Shown: positions 42,161 to 42,383 of the stretch, piece by piece
Layout: each line of letters starts with the position of its first letter
How positions within the stretch are numbered: the first letter of the stretch is position 1
From: Basidiobolus ranarum
Taxonomy: Eukaryota
DNA length: 42,383 nt
Assembly: GCA_040143965.1 (NCBI GenBank)
Contig: JASJQH010006910.1
Location: forward strand, 1 to 42,383
Reading direction: 5' to 3'
Program-made: the position numbers and the translations under genes
The notes under the pieces: model-generated
Databases searched by the model: none
What the model was told of the DNA's origin: nothing
Seen by the model: the letters and a program-made list of their open reading frames with translations, nothing else

Positions 42161-42383
<223 letters not shown>

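Overview
Eukaryotic (fungal) genomic DNA: AT-rich, with short GT-AG introns of about 55-75 nt. Gene content and style suggest an early-diverging fungus, possibly Basidiobolus-like; this is an inference. The window has two halves. The left ~25.5 kb is an accessory, partly decaying secondary-metabolite island. It holds an intact intronless GT4 glycosyltransferase and a ~15.8 kb four-module NRPS (partial C-A-T-E-C-A-T-C-A-T-C-A-T-E-TE). The ORF track splits that NRPS into four pieces because of one intron, one homopolymer frameshift and one in-frame TAG. The island also has a divergently transcribed, heavily degraded ABCB/MDR transporter, a ~700 bp foldback/MITE-like element inside a 1.58 kb stretch with no CpG, and further gene relics. 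The right ~16.5 kb is gene-dense housekeeping DNA: phosphoketolase, phosphatidylserine synthase (CHO1), a multi-exon TBC1D31/WDR67 orthologue lacking its C-terminal coiled coil, an auxin-efflux-carrier family transporter, an alpha-arrestin, kinesin-8 and the 3' end of actin. The best candidate for a new system is the GT4 + NRPS (ending T-E-TE) + ABCB cluster, which could make a glycosylated D/L tetrapeptide. This copy looks recently inactivated, or contains sequencing errors.
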